48,515 nucleotides of DNA from an uncultured Planctomycetales bacterium (GCA_964348765.1 CAYGEE010000002.1:1-48515); one strand, 5' to 3'; shown: positions 17,074-27,765, numbered from the stretch's first letter. Notes: generated by a model not told the origin, from the sequence alone. A program made the numbers and translations.

Positions 17074-19440
17074 ATGAAATTCCGTTCTAATATCTGCACG
17101 CTATTTCCTTTCCTGCTGGTTTTTTTGTTGACAGGATCCTTTTGTGTTGTCAATGCGCAGGATGTTCCGCCGGTTGTTGATAATTCAGCAGCCACACCTG
17201 TTGCTCCTTCGGTTTTAGAAGAGACGAAAAGTGTTAAAGCCATTGAAGTTGTCGGCAATAAGACTATCAGCATCGCAACCATTTTATCAAAAGTTAAAAC
17301 TCGAGTCGGGCAGGCTTATTTACAGGAAGTTATTAGTGATGACCTTAAACGTCTTTACAATACGGGCTATTTTTCAGATGTCCGAGTTGATCATCAAGAT
17401 CAAGATAATGGATTTAAAGTCATTTTCTACGTGGATGAGAAATCCATTGTAGAGGAAGTTACATTTTCTAAAACACGATATTTTACCGCAAAGGCCATCC
17501 AGAAAAAATTAAAGACTCAGGTCGGGAAGTTCCTTGATAATAAGTCTTTGAAAGACGATGAGGAGACGATCAAAGATCTTTACTCTAAAAAAGGCCTAAC
17601 TTCGGTTCAAGTTGATGTTGAGACATTTGTTGATGAAACAACGAATAAGGCTAGTTTGCATTTTGTGATCACGGAAGGATATCGCATCTGTATCAAACGA
17701 ATTAATATTCTTGGTAATAGTTCCTACAAAGATGGACGGATCATAAAGGTCATGAAATCTCGGCCGAAGGCTTTTTATCGTTCTGGATATTTGCAGGAAG
17801 ATACATTGCGTGAAGATATGGAGAGGATTACTTCGTATTATGAGCAGAACGGCTATATTGATGCAAGGGTCAGTAATACGACCGATATGTTAGGTAAGGG
17901 TCTTGTTGAGGTAAATGTTCAGATTGATGAAGGCAAACGATATTCTGTAGGTAGCTTGGGTATTACTGGCAATTCCGTTCTATCCAATAAGGAAGTTCTT
18001 GCTGCGATGGAATCGATACAGAAGGGAAATGTTTTTAGTCGGGAGAAACTTTCTGTTGATGTTGCGAATATTAGAACGCTTTATTTTGACCAAGGGTATA
18101 TTTTTGCAGCTGTTAACGATACAACTTCTCTTGATCAGGTTACAGGGAAAGTTGATGTTAAAATTGATATTAAAGAAGGCGGATTAGCTTATCTTGAGAA
18201 GATCAAGGTTCAAGGGAATACAAGGACTAGGGATGTTGTTGTTCGTCGGGAATTGAAATTATACCCCGGAGATCGTTTTGACGGAGCAAAATTAAAACGC
18301 AGTAAGGAACGATTGAGTAATTTAGGTTATTTTGAAGATGTGAATTTTGATATTGAAGACACTGATTATCCTGATCGGAAGAATTTGCTTGTTCAAGTTA
18401 AAGAGGCAAAGACCGGAACGTTTAGTTTTGGCGGAGGGTTTAGCACGGTTGATAAGATCGTTGGATTCGTTGAGATCGAGCAGAAGAATTTTGATTTTAC
18501 GAATTGGCCGACTTTTACCGGTGGAGGACAGCATTTATCATTGCGCGCAGAAACAGGATCATCCCGCAATAATCAAAGTTTGAGTTTCACAGAGCCGTGG
18601 TTCTTTGATCATCCGTTCTCATTTGGGTTTGATATTTATCGCAGTCAGCGTGATCGTGCTTCTAACACGGGATATGCTTATGATGAAGGAAAAGTCGGCG
18701 GACAGCTTCGGTTGGGTAAACAGTTCTCTGATATTTTAACGGGGGGAATGAGCTATAAATTTGAAACTGTTGATATCTCGAATTTTGTGGAAAATGTTTC
18801 AGCGGATCTATTGGCGGAAGAGGGAACGAACAATGTCAGCCAATTAGGGTTTAATCTTCGCAGAGACACGACAGACAGTTCTTATAATCCGACTAAGGGC
18901 CTTGTTACGACAGGAGAATTTGATATTGCCGGAGGTCCTTTAGGGGGGGACAAGGATTTTTATAGAACTGAATTTTCGGCAAGTTATTATATCCCGTTGA
19001 AGTTTAAATCTGTTTTTGAGATCCGCGGTAAAGCGGGCATTATTAATTCTTATGGTGATTCGACGACTGTCCCGATCTTTGAGAGATATTTCGCCGGCGG
19101 GGCTCGGACTATTCGCGGGTATGATGAACGTAATGTCGGTCCGGTTGATGCGAATACTAATGAATCTATTGGCGGGGAAAGTGTGCTTATTGCAAATTTT
19201 GAATATACGATCCCATTGATCGATTTCATTAAGTTGGCAGCATTTTTTGATACTGGAAATGTTTGGGCCGATGCTAACGATCTTGCCAGTGGGGATTTTA
19301 AGTCGGGAACTGGTTTAGGCTTGAGAGTTAAGACCCCTATCGGGCCGATCAATTTGGATTATGGATTTCCGTTGAATGAAGAACCGGGAAGTAATTCGAA
19401 AAAAGGAAAGTTCTACTTTAGTGTAAGTCGTGGTTTTTAA
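17074..19440 (+). CDS. bamA: Outer membrane protein assembly factor BamA
   Basis: 788 aa with a signal peptide, repeated POTRA-like units ('I..I...GN......I') and a C-terminal beta-barrel ending in 'F.F..SRGF'. Confidence 0.9.
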   Translation: MKFRSNICTLFPFLLVFLLTGSFCVVNAQDVPPVVDNSAATPVAPSVLEETKSVKAIEVVGNKTISIATILSKVKTRVGQAYLQEVISDDLKRLYNTGYFSDVRVDHQDQDNGFKVIFYVDEKSIVEEVTFSKTRYFTAKAIQKKLKTQVGKFLDNKSLKDDEETIKDLYSKKGLTSVQVDVETFVDETTNKASLHFVITEGYRICIKRINILGNSSYKDGRIIKVMKSRPKAFYRSGYLQEDTLREDMERITSYYEQNGYIDARVSNTTDMLGKGLVEVNVQIDEGKRYSVGSLGITGNSVLSNKEVLAAMESIQKGNVFSREKLSVDVANIRTLYFDQGYIFAAVNDTTSLDQVTGKVDVKIDIKEGGLAYLEKIKVQGNTRTRDVVVRRELKLYPGDRFDGAKLKRSKERLSNLGYFEDVNFDIEDTDYPDRKNLLVQVKEAKTGTFSFGGGFSTVDKIVGFVEIEQKNFDFTNWPTFTGGGQHLSLRAETGSSRNNQSLSFTEPWFFDHPFSFGFDIYRSQRDRASNTGYAYDEGKVGGQLRLGKQFSDILTGGMSYKFETVDISNFVENVSADLLAEEGTNNVSQLGFNLRRDTTDSSYNPTKGLVTTGEFDIAGGPLGGDKDFYRTEFSASYYIPLKFKSVFEIRGKAGIINSYGDSTTVPIFERYFAGGARTIRGYDERNVGPVDANTNESIGGESVLIANFEYTIPLIDFIKLAAFFDTGNVWADANDLASGDFKSGTGLGLRVKTPIGPINLDYGFPLNEEPGSNSKKGKFYFSVSRGF

Positions 19441-19493
19441 TATTTTTAACTTAAAACAAAAAAGATGTTGTAGTCATTGTGAGGAGGAGTAAT

Positions 19494-20051
19494 ATGTTAG
19501 CGCGCAAAATGATGTTAAGGTTTTTAGCAGTTGTTTTTTTTGTTTCCATAGCTTTTACAGCTATTGGTTTTGCGGAAGATAAACCGACAAAAATTGGTTA
19601 TGTGGATCTAAGCAGGTTGTTTGATGAATATTCGAAAACAAAAGATTATGATAAGCAGTTAGAATCTAAACAGAAAGATTTTGAGACTGAAAGAAATAAA
19701 AGGGCTGAAAAGGTTCAGGAATCTATGGGCAAATTAGGAGTTCTTGCTGAGGATAAGAAGAAGGCGGCTGAGGCTGAAATTGAAAAAATGAAGAATGATC
19801 TGATCGATTATGATAAACAGCAAAAAACAGATCTTACGAAGGAACGTAATGAAAAGATCCGCGAGATTTTGCTTGAGATCGAAAAGATCGTCAGTGATTA
19901 TGCCGAAAAAGACGGATATACGCTTATTTTAAATGACCGTGTTCTTATTTACGGCCAGCCTACATCTAATCTTACTGAGAAGATCCTGGAAAAACTTAAT
20001 GGACCTGTTACCGATAAGAAAGCAGCGGATCCTAAAGCAACTCAGAAGTAA
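19494..20051 (+). CDS. skp: OmpH/Skp-family periplasmic chaperone
   Basis: About 185 aa with a signal sequence and a Lys/Glu-rich coiled-coil body. It lies between bamA and lpxD. The ATG at 19494 is 6 nt after GAGGAGG; the ORF-track start is GTG 19479. Confidence 0.8.
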   Translation: MLARKMMLRFLAVVFFVSIAFTAIGFAEDKPTKIGYVDLSRLFDEYSKTKDYDKQLESKQKDFETERNKRAEKVQESMGKLGVLAEDKKKAAEAEIEKMKNDLIDYDKQQKTDLTKERNEKIREILLEIEKIVSDYAEKDGYTLILNDRVLIYGQPTSNLTEKILEKLNGPVTDKKAADPKATQK

Positions 20052-20067
20052 TATCTAAAATTATCTT

Positions 20068-21141
20068 ATGCGCAAAACCTTGGCCGAAATCGCAAAAATT
20101 ATTCATGGCGAGGTTGTTGGAAATAAGGATTTAGTTATTACAGGATTAAGTGGCATTAAAGAAGCCTCCGAAGGTGATTTGACCTTTGTTTCTAATCCAA
20201 AATATTTTCCTTTAGTTAAAACAACCAAAGCCTCAGCGATCTTATTTTCCCGAGAAATGAATATTCTCGGGAAAATAGGTGTTCGTGTCGATCAACCGTC
20301 TCTTGCTTTTGCTGAGCTGGTTTCATTCTTTTCAAAAGAAGATAAATTCTCCTTCTCCGGCATTCATAAAACTGCAGTTGTTTCTTCATCTTCTATCATT
20401 GGAAAGAATGTTTCTATCGGTCCGTATGTTGTGATCGAAGATGGTGCGCAAATAGGTGATGATTCGATCATTTATTCAGGAAGTTATGTTGGTTATAAAT
20501 CTTCTTTAGGGAAGGGTTGTGTAATTTATCCTCATGTTGTTATTCGTGAGAAGATCTCTATTGGAGATCGAGTTACGATTCATAGTGGTTCTGTAATCGG
20601 ATCCGATGGATTTGGATATGCGCAATCGGAAGGGATCCATAAAAAGATCCCGCAAATAGGGAATGTTATCATTGAAGATGATGTTGAAATTGGCGCGAAT
20701 GTCACTATCGATAGAGCTCGATTCAATAAAACTGTTATTGGTAGAGGAAGCAAGATCGATAATTTAGTTCAGATCGCGCATAATTGCATCATTGGGGAAA
20801 ATTGTGTGATCATTTCACAGGTTGGGATATCCGGTAGTACTGTGATCGAGAAAAATTCTATCCTTGCCGGACAGGCAGGAATCGCGGGGCATTTAACTAT
20901 TGGAGAAGGAAGTGTTGTTGCTGCGCAATCGGGCGTGACTCACTCGCTGCCGGCTTTTAGTAAGGTTTCAGGATATCCTGCTAAACCTCATGAGCATGCA
21001 AAAAAAGTTAATGCTTACGTTCAAAGGCTTCCGATCTATATTAAAGAATTAAAGGATCTCAAAAAGAAGATAGAGGATCTCGAGTTGAAGGGATCAAAAG
21101 TTTCCAAAACCAAGAGACCTCTGAAGAAACGATCGAAATGA
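20068..21141 (+). CDS. lpxD: UDP-3-O-acylglucosamine N-acyltransferase
   Basis: 357 aa. It has the N-terminal UDP-binding domain, long hexapeptide-repeat beta-helix ('GSDGFGY', '[10 protein letters not shown]') and the expected position in the lpx cluster. Confidence 0.9.
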   Translation: MRKTLAEIAKIIHGEVVGNKDLVITGLSGIKEASEGDLTFVSNPKYFPLVKTTKASAILFSREMNILGKIGVRVDQPSLAFAELVSFFSKEDKFSFSGIHKTAVVSSSSIIGKNVSIGPYVVIEDGAQIGDDSIIYSGSYVGYKSSLGKGCVIYPHVVIREKISIGDRVTIHSGSVIGSDGFGYAQSEGIHKKIPQIGNVIIEDDVEIGANVTIDRARFNKTVIGRGSKIDNLVQIAHNCIIGENCVIISQVGISGSTVIEKNSILAGQAGIAGHLTIGEGSVVAAQSGVTHSLPAFSKVSGYPAKPHEHAKKVNAYVQRLPIYIKELKDLKKKIEDLELKGSKVSKTKRPLKKRSK

Positions 21142-22469
21142 ACATAAAACAAAAAACAATTCAGCAGTCGTTTTCACTTTCGGGGACAGGTCTTCATACC
21201 GGTAACCGCGTCAGTGCTTTTTTTAAGCCGGCTATTGAGAATCATGGGATCTGTTTTGTCCGCGTTGATCTGCCGGGAAAACCAGAGATCAAAGCTTGTC
21301 CGGAAAATATTCACCCTGAAACGGGCTTATTGCGCTGTTCGACAATAAGTAATCATGACGCGGTCGTTCATACGGTTGAACATTTGATGAGCGTTCTTGC
21401 TGGTTTGGCAATAACGAATTTAACCGTTGAGCTCGACGGTAATGAGCTTCCTGGGCTCGATGGCAGTGGGTTGGAATATTTGCAGGCCATTAAAAAGGCA
21501 GGTATTGTTGAGCAGAATGCAGACGCACAATATTTTCAGGTTATGGAAACAGTCGGAGTGTCTCAGGGGAATTCTTCAATTTATATTTTTCCAGATAATG
21601 ATTTTAAGATCTCCTATACGCTTGATTATGATCATCCTAAACTTCGTTCGCAGTTCGTGAGTTTGACTTTGCAGCAGGATATTTTTGAAAAAGACATTGC
21701 TCCTTGCCGTACATTTTGCCTTGAAAGTGAAGCTTTAGAATTAAAAAAAAGAGGATTGGGTCAAGGCGCGAATTATAAGAATACGCTTGTGGTCGGGAAA
21801 GATGGTGTTATTGAGAACCAATTGCGGTTTTCGGATGAATTCGCAAGGCACAAAGTTCTTGATATGATCGGAGATCTTTATCTTCTTGGTATGCCGATCA
21901 AGGGTCGTATTTTTGCTGTTAAAAGCGGGCATGCATTAAATTTAGCATTACTAAAGAAGATTTCCGAGCAGCAAAAGAAATTTGAGAAATGTCAGAAGAC
22001 AGTCTATCCGGATTTTAGCGGGAAGAATGAGATAAATATTAATGAGATTATGAAGATCATTCCTCATCGGTATCCGTTCCTTTTAGTGGATCGGGTGGTG
22101 GAGATCGAGAAAGGTAAGCGGGCGGTCGGCTTAAAGAATGTTACGATCAATGATAATTTCTTTGCGGGTCATTTTCCGACTCGCCCGGTCATGCCGGGTG
22201 TGTTAATGATCGAGGCGATGGCGCAAACAGCAGGTGTCGTTGTCTTGACGAATGAAGCTCACCGTGGTAAAGTAGCTTTTTTTATGTCCGTGGATAATGT
22301 TAAATTCCGCAAGGTTGTTGTTCCAGGTGATCAACTTTGGATGGAAGTTGAAGTTGTCAAGGATAAGCAGAAATTCGCGCAGATCCATGCCCAGGCGAAG
22401 GTTAATAATGAAGTTGTTGTTGAGGCGGACATGGTTTTTTCATTTGCGGATGCTTCCTATTTGGACTGA
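21138..22469 (+). CDS. lpxC/fabZ: Bifunctional UDP-3-O-acyl-GlcNAc deacetylase / 3-hydroxyacyl-ACP dehydratase (LpxC-FabZ fusion)
   Basis: The N-terminal half has 'SGTGLHTG', 'TVEHLMS' and '[13 protein letters not shown]' (LpxC). The C-terminal half has '[12 protein letters not shown]', '[21 protein letters not shown]' (FabZ hot-dog). Confidence 0.92.
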   Translation: MNIKQKTIQQSFSLSGTGLHTGNRVSAFFKPAIENHGICFVRVDLPGKPEIKACPENIHPETGLLRCSTISNHDAVVHTVEHLMSVLAGLAITNLTVELDGNELPGLDGSGLEYLQAIKKAGIVEQNADAQYFQVMETVGVSQGNSSIYIFPDNDFKISYTLDYDHPKLRSQFVSLTLQQDIFEKDIAPCRTFCLESEALELKKRGLGQGANYKNTLVVGKDGVIENQLRFSDEFARHKVLDMIGDLYLLGMPIKGRIFAVKSGHALNLALLKKISEQQKKFEKCQKTVYPDFSGKNEININEIMKIIPHRYPFLLVDRVVEIEKGKRAVGLKNVTINDNFFAGHFPTRPVMPGVLMIEAMAQTAGVVVLTNEAHRGKVAFFMSVDNVKFRKVVVPGDQLWMEVEVVKDKQKFAQIHAQAKVNNEVVVEADMVFSFADASYLD

Positions 22470-22534
22470 TCAATCTTTTCAAACAAATCCTTTTAAAAAG
22501 ACTTATCTTAACTTACAATGAAATTAGAGAGCTT

Positions 22535-23320
22535 ATGGAAAATATAATTATTCACAAAACTGCGATCATCCATCCTGGGGTAAAATTCTCCCCTGGAGTT
22601 TCCGTTGGTCCTTACTCGATCATTGATGAGGGTGTGAGTTTGGGTGATAATGTCCGCGTGGGAAGCCATTGCGTTATTACCGGGCATACAACTATTGGAA
22701 GAAATTGTAAATTCTATACAGGAGCCGTGATCGGCAGCGCCCCTCAAGATAAAAAACATTCCGCGGATGATAATGTTTTTTTGAATATTGGAGAAAATAA
22801 TATTGTTCGCGAATATGTAACGGTCAATCCCGGGACGCTTGAAGGCGGCGGGAAAACAGTGATCGGGAACAATAATCTTATTATGGCGTATTCGCATATT
22901 GCGCATGATTGTGTGATCGGGAATCATTGTGTGATGGCTAATAATGCTACCTTGGCCGGGCATGTGACGCTTGAGGATAACGCTGTTATTGGGGGGTTAA
23001 GCGCGGTCCATCAATTTGTTCGATTGGGGCGGCTTTCCATCGTCGGTGGATGCTCAAAGGTCACTCAGGACGTTCCGCCATTTTCAATGTGTGATGGCCA
23101 TCCTGCGAAAGTTGTTAATATTAATGCCGTCGGATTAAAGCGTTCGCAGGTTTCCAGTGAATCTGTCTTAAAGATCAAACGTGCTTTTAAGATCCTTTTT
23201 CATAGCGGATTGTCAAAAACAACTTCCTTACAGAAATTATCAACCGAGATCGTAAGTTGCGCAGAGCTTGAGCATTTAATATTTTTTGTTAAGACAACTG
23301 AAAGAGGCATGTGTAGTTAG
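22535..23320 (+). CDS. lpxA: Acyl-ACP:UDP-GlcNAc O-acyltransferase
   Basis: 261 aa. 'IH.TAIIHPG' N-terminus, hexapeptide repeats and 'HIAHDC.IGN...ANNA.LAGHV'. Confidence 0.92.
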   Translation: MENIIIHKTAIIHPGVKFSPGVSVGPYSIIDEGVSLGDNVRVGSHCVITGHTTIGRNCKFYTGAVIGSAPQDKKHSADDNVFLNIGENNIVREYVTVNPGTLEGGGKTVIGNNNLIMAYSHIAHDCVIGNHCVMANNATLAGHVTLEDNAVIGGLSAVHQFVRLGRLSIVGGCSKVTQDVPPFSMCDGHPAKVVNINAVGLKRSQVSSESVLKIKRAFKILFHSGLSKTTSLQKLSTEIVSCAELEHLIFFVKTTERGMCS

Positions 23321-23353
23321 CCTTTTTTCTCACCAGCCGCTCTCCTAAAATAT

Positions 23354-24163
23354 ATGCCTGATAAAATCATTGGATTGATAGCGGGAAACGGCAAATTCCC
23401 CATTGCCTTTGCACAAAAAGCTAAAACAAAGAATTATAAAGTAATTGCCGCCGGGATTGTTGGTGATACATCGGCAGTTTTAAGATTCTTCGTCGATAAA
23501 TTAGAATATTTCAGAGTTGGACAGCTGCAGAGTCTTTTTTCTTATTTTAAAAAAGAGGGCGTTTCCGAAGTTATTATGGCCGGTCAAGTTAATCCTGAGA
23601 ATCTTTTTGATAAGGCCGTTGTGTTAGATGATAAGTTTAAAGAGTTGTTCGTCGCTTTAAAAGATAGAAAAGCAGATACGATCTTTAAAGCTGTTGCTGA
23701 TCAATTAAAAACAGAAGGATTAAAGCTTATCGATTCGACATTTCTAATTCGTGATATGCTTGCCCCGAAAGGAACATTGACTCGTCGGGCTCCGACGTTG
23801 GGAGAACTTTCCGATATTGAATTTGGATGCAAGATCGCTAAATTAATGGGTGGAATTGATGTGGGCCAGACGGTTGTTGTAAAGCAAAAAGCGATTGTCG
23901 CTATTGAAGCGATGGAGGGAACGGATCAGGCGATCTTACGAGGCGGAAAGATCGCGCAAAATGGAGCTGTTGTTATCAAGATGAGCAAGCCTGATCAGGA
24001 TATGCGCTTTGATGTTCCTGTTGTCGGCCTTCAAACGATAAAGAATTTGATCAAAGTTAAGGCGGCTTGCCTTGCGATTGAAGCGGGAAAGACGATCTTC
24101 ATTGATAAAGAAAAGGCGATCGCGCTTGCAAACAGCCGCCGAATTTGTATATTGGCCGTATGA
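23354..24163 (+). CDS. lpxI: UDP-2,3-diacylglucosamine diphosphatase LpxI (DUF1009)
   Basis: 'IGLIAGNGKFP' and 'DVGQTVVVK..AIVAIEAMEGTD..I.RGG' are DUF1009/LpxI motifs. It lies directly after lpxA. Confidence 0.85.
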   Translation: MPDKIIGLIAGNGKFPIAFAQKAKTKNYKVIAAGIVGDTSAVLRFFVDKLEYFRVGQLQSLFSYFKKEGVSEVIMAGQVNPENLFDKAVVLDDKFKELFVALKDRKADTIFKAVADQLKTEGLKLIDSTFLIRDMLAPKGTLTRRAPTLGELSDIEFGCKIAKLMGGIDVGQTVVVKQKAIVAIEAMEGTDQAILRGGKIAQNGAVVIKMSKPDQDMRFDVPVVGLQTIKNLIKVKAACLAIEAGKTIFIDKEKAIALANSRRICILAV

Positions 24164-24192
24164 TCTTGATCTTTCGATACATCCCCTCCTGA

Positions 24193-24221
24193 TTGACACC
24201 CTCGGTCTTTTTCTATATAAT
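24193..24221 (+). promoter_or_regulatory. Putative sigma70-type promoter for lysS (TTGACA-17-TATAAT)
   Basis: Consensus TTGACA at 24193-24198, an exact 17-nt spacer, and consensus TATAAT at 24216-24221, 42 nt upstream of the lysS ATG. Confidence 0.65.
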
Positions 24222-24262
24222 TCTATTATTTATATTATTAATATTATAGGATTGGAATCGAT

Positions 24263-25705
24263 ATGGATGAAATTCGTTTAGAAAAGCTTGAAAATCTCGC
24301 CAAAGGAGGCATTCTGCCTTACGGAGATAAATTTGTTTCTTCTCATACTGTCGCTGAAGTCCTTGCTAACTTTCAGGAAGGGATGCAGGTGCAGTTAGCC
24401 GGTCGTGTGATGGCGAATCGCAGCCATGGAAAAGTTTATTTTCTGGATCTAAAAGATCAGTCTGGGAAGATCCAGCTTTTTGTTAAGTTGGAAGACCCGG
24501 ATTCTAGCGTTGCGCTTATCTCAAAATATTTAGATCTGGGCGATATTATTGGTGTCCACGGGGTTTTGTTTGTTACAAAAACGGGACAGAATAGCGTTCG
24601 GGTTTCTCAAATGACCCTTCTAGCTAAATCATTGAACACGCTGCCCGAAAAATGGCACGGATTAAAGGATGTTGAGATCCGATACCGTCAGCGATATGTT
24701 GATCTGATCGTAAATGATGATGTGCGGGATGTTTTTATTAAACGCAGTAAGATCATTTCTTATATTCGAAAATATCTTGATGAACGTGGATTCTTAGAAG
24801 TTGAAACGCCAATGCTTCAGCCGATGGCAGGCGGCGCGCGCGGTCGGCCGTTTAAAAGTCATCATAATACTTATGATATGGATGTTTATATGCGCATCGC
24901 TCCGGAATTATATTTAAAGAAATTGCTCGTTGGTGGATTAGAAAAGATCTATGAGATCAATCGCAATTTCCGTAATGAAGGTATTTCCACTCGGCACAAT
25001 CCTGAATTCACGATGCTTGAGCTTTATCAAGCGTACGGTAATTTTGAGGATATGATGAAGTTGACCGAAGAGATGGTCAGTGCGGCTGCTAAAGAGATGA
25101 CGGGTTCATATATTGTTAAATATCAGGATCAAGAGATCGATTTTACTCCGCCTTGGGAAAGAAGGTCGTTTGCAAAGATCATCAAAGATAAATTCGGCAT
25201 TGACCCTGAAGACAGCGCGGCCGTGATGCTTGAAAAAGTGAAAGCAAAAAAGGGCCATCATGCCAAGATCGATAAATTGACACGCTCCGGCGTTATGAAG
25301 ATCGTCGAGGAATTCTTGGATGAGGACAAGATCATTAATCCGACGTTCTTTACGGATTATTTCACTTTTCTTTGTCCGCTTGCGAAAACAGTTATCGGTC
25401 AGCCGGCTATTTCTCAGCGTTTTGAATTCTTCGTCGCTGGGATGGAAGTTGGGAATGCCTATTCTGAGCTTAATGACCCCATCGAGCAGAGAAAGAGACT
25501 GATGGAAGATCTGGAAGATGATGTTGAAACGGGAAACCGCGCGATTGATGAAGATTTCTTAAACGCATTATCTTACGGCATGCCGCCCGCCGGTGGTTTA
25601 GGGATCGGCATTGACCGGCTGATCATGCTTTTAACAGATTCCCCGTCTATCAGAGATGTTATTTTATTTCCATTATTAAAGCCAATCGAAGACAAAAAAG
25701 CGTAA
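24263..25705 (+). CDS. lysS: Lysine--tRNA ligase (class II)
   Basis: 480 aa. OB anticodon-binding domain, 'RYRQRYVDLI', 'FLEVETPML', 'NRNFRNEG.S.RHNPEFTMLE' and 'PPAGG.GIGIDRL.M'. Confidence 0.95.
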   Translation: MDEIRLEKLENLAKGGILPYGDKFVSSHTVAEVLANFQEGMQVQLAGRVMANRSHGKVYFLDLKDQSGKIQLFVKLEDPDSSVALISKYLDLGDIIGVHGVLFVTKTGQNSVRVSQMTLLAKSLNTLPEKWHGLKDVEIRYRQRYVDLIVNDDVRDVFIKRSKIISYIRKYLDERGFLEVETPMLQPMAGGARGRPFKSHHNTYDMDVYMRIAPELYLKKLLVGGLEKIYEINRNFRNEGISTRHNPEFTMLELYQAYGNFEDMMKLTEEMVSAAAKEMTGSYIVKYQDQEIDFTPPWERRSFAKIIKDKFGIDPEDSAAVMLEKVKAKKGHHAKIDKLTRSGVMKIVEEFLDEDKIINPTFFTDYFTFLCPLAKTVIGQPAISQRFEFFVAGMEVGNAYSELNDPIEQRKRLMEDLEDDVETGNRAIDEDFLNALSYGMPPAGGLGIGIDRLIMLLTDSPSIRDVILFPLLKPIEDKKA

Positions 25706-25730
25706 AGACGAGCCGGCGGCTCGTCTTTAC
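25702..25730 (+). terminator. Stem-loop embedding the lysS stop codon (GTAAAGACGAGCC-ggc-GGCTCGTCTTTAC)
   Basis: Perfect 13-bp stem with a 3-nt loop. It is a near-identical copy of the hairpin at 40778-40806. No U-tract. Confidence 0.6.
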
Positions 25731-25747
25731 AAGATAAAAGAAATAGT

Positions 25748-26944
25748 ATGCTTCCTTACGAAACTTGGATCAGTGTTCGTTATTTGACGGCGAAGAAAGG
25801 GCGCTTCCTTTCTTTTATGAATTTTATTTCTATTGCCGGAGTCGCGATCGGCGTTATGGCATTGATCGTTGTGATCGGGATCATGACGGGTTTTGGGAAT
25901 AATTTGCGTGAGAAAATTATTGGAACAACTCCGCATATCATGATCGAACGCGAGTTTGGGATTGCCGGCAGCGATGCGATCATCGCGAAGATCAAGACAA
26001 TTGATGGTGTTGTTGGAGCGTCTGCGTATATTCAAAATAATATCTTTCTTGAAGAAGAGAATCAAGCGATGAGTATGGTTGTTCGCGGGATTGATCCTCA
26101 GACGGAAGGAAACGTGACAAAGGTTAAAGAGTTTTTAAAGAAGGGAAATCTTGAGGACCTTAAAGATGACGGTGTTATTATCGGCAAAGAACTTGCCCGC
26201 TATTTTGGATATTCTGTTGGCGATAAGATCACGCTGATCTCTCCATCGTCGGGAATGTCGGGCCAAAGTTGGCGTTATAAAATGACGGTTGTGGGGATCT
26301 TTAACACGGGGATGGCGGATTTTGATATGCATCTTGTTCTGGTTGATCTTAAGAAGGCCAGAGAGATCTTTAATTTGGATAAAGATGTCGTTAGCGGCAT
26401 TGGTGTGAAGTTAAAGGATGTTTATAAAGCCAAGGAAGTTAAAGAAAAGATCTTTGCTTTACTTGGTTTTGAATATGTTGTTAAAACGTGGATCGATATT
26501 AACCGTAATCTTTTTGAAGCGTTGTTTTTAGAAAAATGGGGATTGTTCCTTATTTTGACGCTTATGATCTTAGTCGCGTCATTTAATATTATCAGCACGC
26601 TTATTGTGACGGTCACAAGTAAAACACATGATATTGGGATCCTCAAATCGATCGGTGTTCCCAAAAGGGCCATTCATGCGATCTTTATGCGTCAGGGACT
26701 TTATATTGGCGGACTTGGGATCTTTTGGGGTGTTGTGAGCGGTTTGGGGATCAGTTATTTGCTGCATAATTATTTTAGAGTGCCTCAGGATATTTATTCT
26801 ATCGATCATGTTCCGGTTGATATTCAGCCGACAGATATTCTGGCAATTGTTGTTTGCGCGTTTGTGATCAGTTTTTTGGCGACGATCTATCCGGCGAGAA
26901 AAGCGTCTGAACTTCAGCCGGTTGAGGCTTTACGCTATGAATAA
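25748..26944 (+). CDS. lolE: Lipoprotein-releasing ABC transporter permease (LolC/LolE family)
   Basis: 398 aa. N-terminal 'SVRYL..KK..F.SF...ISI.GVA.GV.ALI.V..VM.GF', a periplasmic MacB-like domain and a C-terminal FtsX-type 4-TM fold ending '[11 protein letters not shown]'. Confidence 0.85.
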   Translation: MLPYETWISVRYLTAKKGRFLSFMNFISIAGVAIGVMALIVVIGIMTGFGNNLREKIIGTTPHIMIEREFGIAGSDAIIAKIKTIDGVVGASAYIQNNIFLEEENQAMSMVVRGIDPQTEGNVTKVKEFLKKGNLEDLKDDGVIIGKELARYFGYSVGDKITLISPSSGMSGQSWRYKMTVVGIFNTGMADFDMHLVLVDLKKAREIFNLDKDVVSGIGVKLKDVYKAKEVKEKIFALLGFEYVVKTWIDINRNLFEALFLEKWGLFLILTLMILVASFNIISTLIVTVTSKTHDIGILKSIGVPKRAIHAIFMRQGLYIGGLGIFWGVVSGLGISYLLHNYFRVPQDIYSIDHVPVDIQPTDILAIVVCAFVISFLATIYPARKASELQPVEALRYE

Positions 26945-27629
26945 AAATGGATATATTATTTTAGAAGGCAAGAATGTTCAGAAGACTTATAAACAAACCG
27001 GAAGTTCTCTGCATGTTCTTAAAGGTATTGATCTAAAGATTATTGCCGGTGAGATGATCTCGATCGTCGGGCCATCTGGCGCTGGAAAATCGACGCTGTT
27101 GCATATTTTAGGCGGCCTTGATGAACCGACGGATGGAGATGTTGTCATTGACGGAGAGCATGTTTATAAGCTTAATGATGCTGATCGGTCTAAATTGATC
27201 AATAAAAAGATCGGTTTTGTTTTTCAGTTCTATCATCTTTTGCCTGATTTTACGGCGCTTGAGAATGTGATGCTGCCTTTGGTTGTTCGTGAGAATAAAA
27301 AGATCAGTAAGGATTTTGAAGAAAAAGCGAGTGCTTTTCTGGAGCAAGTTGGATTAAAGGAACGAATGCGCCACCGGCCGAATCAGCTCTCCGGCGGTGA
27401 ACAACAGCGAGTTGCGATCGCCAGGGCGCTTATCAATGAACCCAGGGTCATTTTTTGCGATGAGCCGACGGGAAATTTGGATTCCGAAACAGGCACGGAA
27501 ATTATTAGGCTTTTGATGGATCTTAATCAGAAGAATCAGCAGACGCTTGTAATTGTTTCTCATGATGAAAATCTTGCTCGGCAGTCGCATCGTAAAATAA
27601 CGATGCGCGACGGCTTGTTGGTAAATTAG
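26937..27629 (+). CDS. lolD: Lipoprotein-releasing ABC transporter ATP-binding protein
   Basis: Walker A 'GPSGAGKST', signature '[15 protein letters not shown]' and Walker B '[11 protein letters not shown]'. The ATG at 26937 overlaps the lolE stop by 8 nt; the ORF-track start is TTG 26922. Confidence 0.88.
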   Translation: MNKNGYIILEGKNVQKTYKQTGSSLHVLKGIDLKIIAGEMISIVGPSGAGKSTLLHILGGLDEPTDGDVVIDGEHVYKLNDADRSKLINKKIGFVFQFYHLLPDFTALENVMLPLVVRENKKISKDFEEKASAFLEQVGLKERMRHRPNQLSGGEQQRVAIARALINEPRVIFCDEPTGNLDSETGTEIIRLLMDLNQKNQQTLVIVSHDENLARQSHRKITMRDGLLVN

Positions 27630-27688
27630 AAAATCATGAATTTTGGTTTTATAAGTAGGGAAGTTTTGGTAAGTTAGAATGTCAGAAT

Positions 27689-27765
27689 ATCAGATTACCA
27701 GAGAATCAGGTTGAGATTTTAGATTGATGCATTTGAGATCTGAATTCTCCATCTGATAATCTGAT
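27689..27765 (+). repeat. Imperfect hairpin of ATCAGA-type units between lolD and ilvE
   Basis: ATCAGATTA (27689-27697) pairs with TAATCTGAT (27757-27765). Inner segments GAGAAT/ATTCTC and CAG/CTG also pair, separated by bulges. The right arm is about 24/28 identical to 36155-36182. Confidence 0.65.

Noticed and set aside
22508-22963. 151-aa - strand ORF overlapping lpxA. Similar antisense ORFs occur at 36536-36904 and 36949-37368 in radA, and at 10429-10773 and 11177-11524 in glmU
   Set aside because: All are embedded antisense in genes with strong family motifs, and none has a recognisable domain. They are treated as shadow ORFs.
24072-24281. 69-aa + strand ORF bridging the lpxI end, the lysS promoter and the lysS start
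   Set aside because: It overlaps the 3' end of lpxI out of frame and a near-consensus promoter. It has no RBS or motif.
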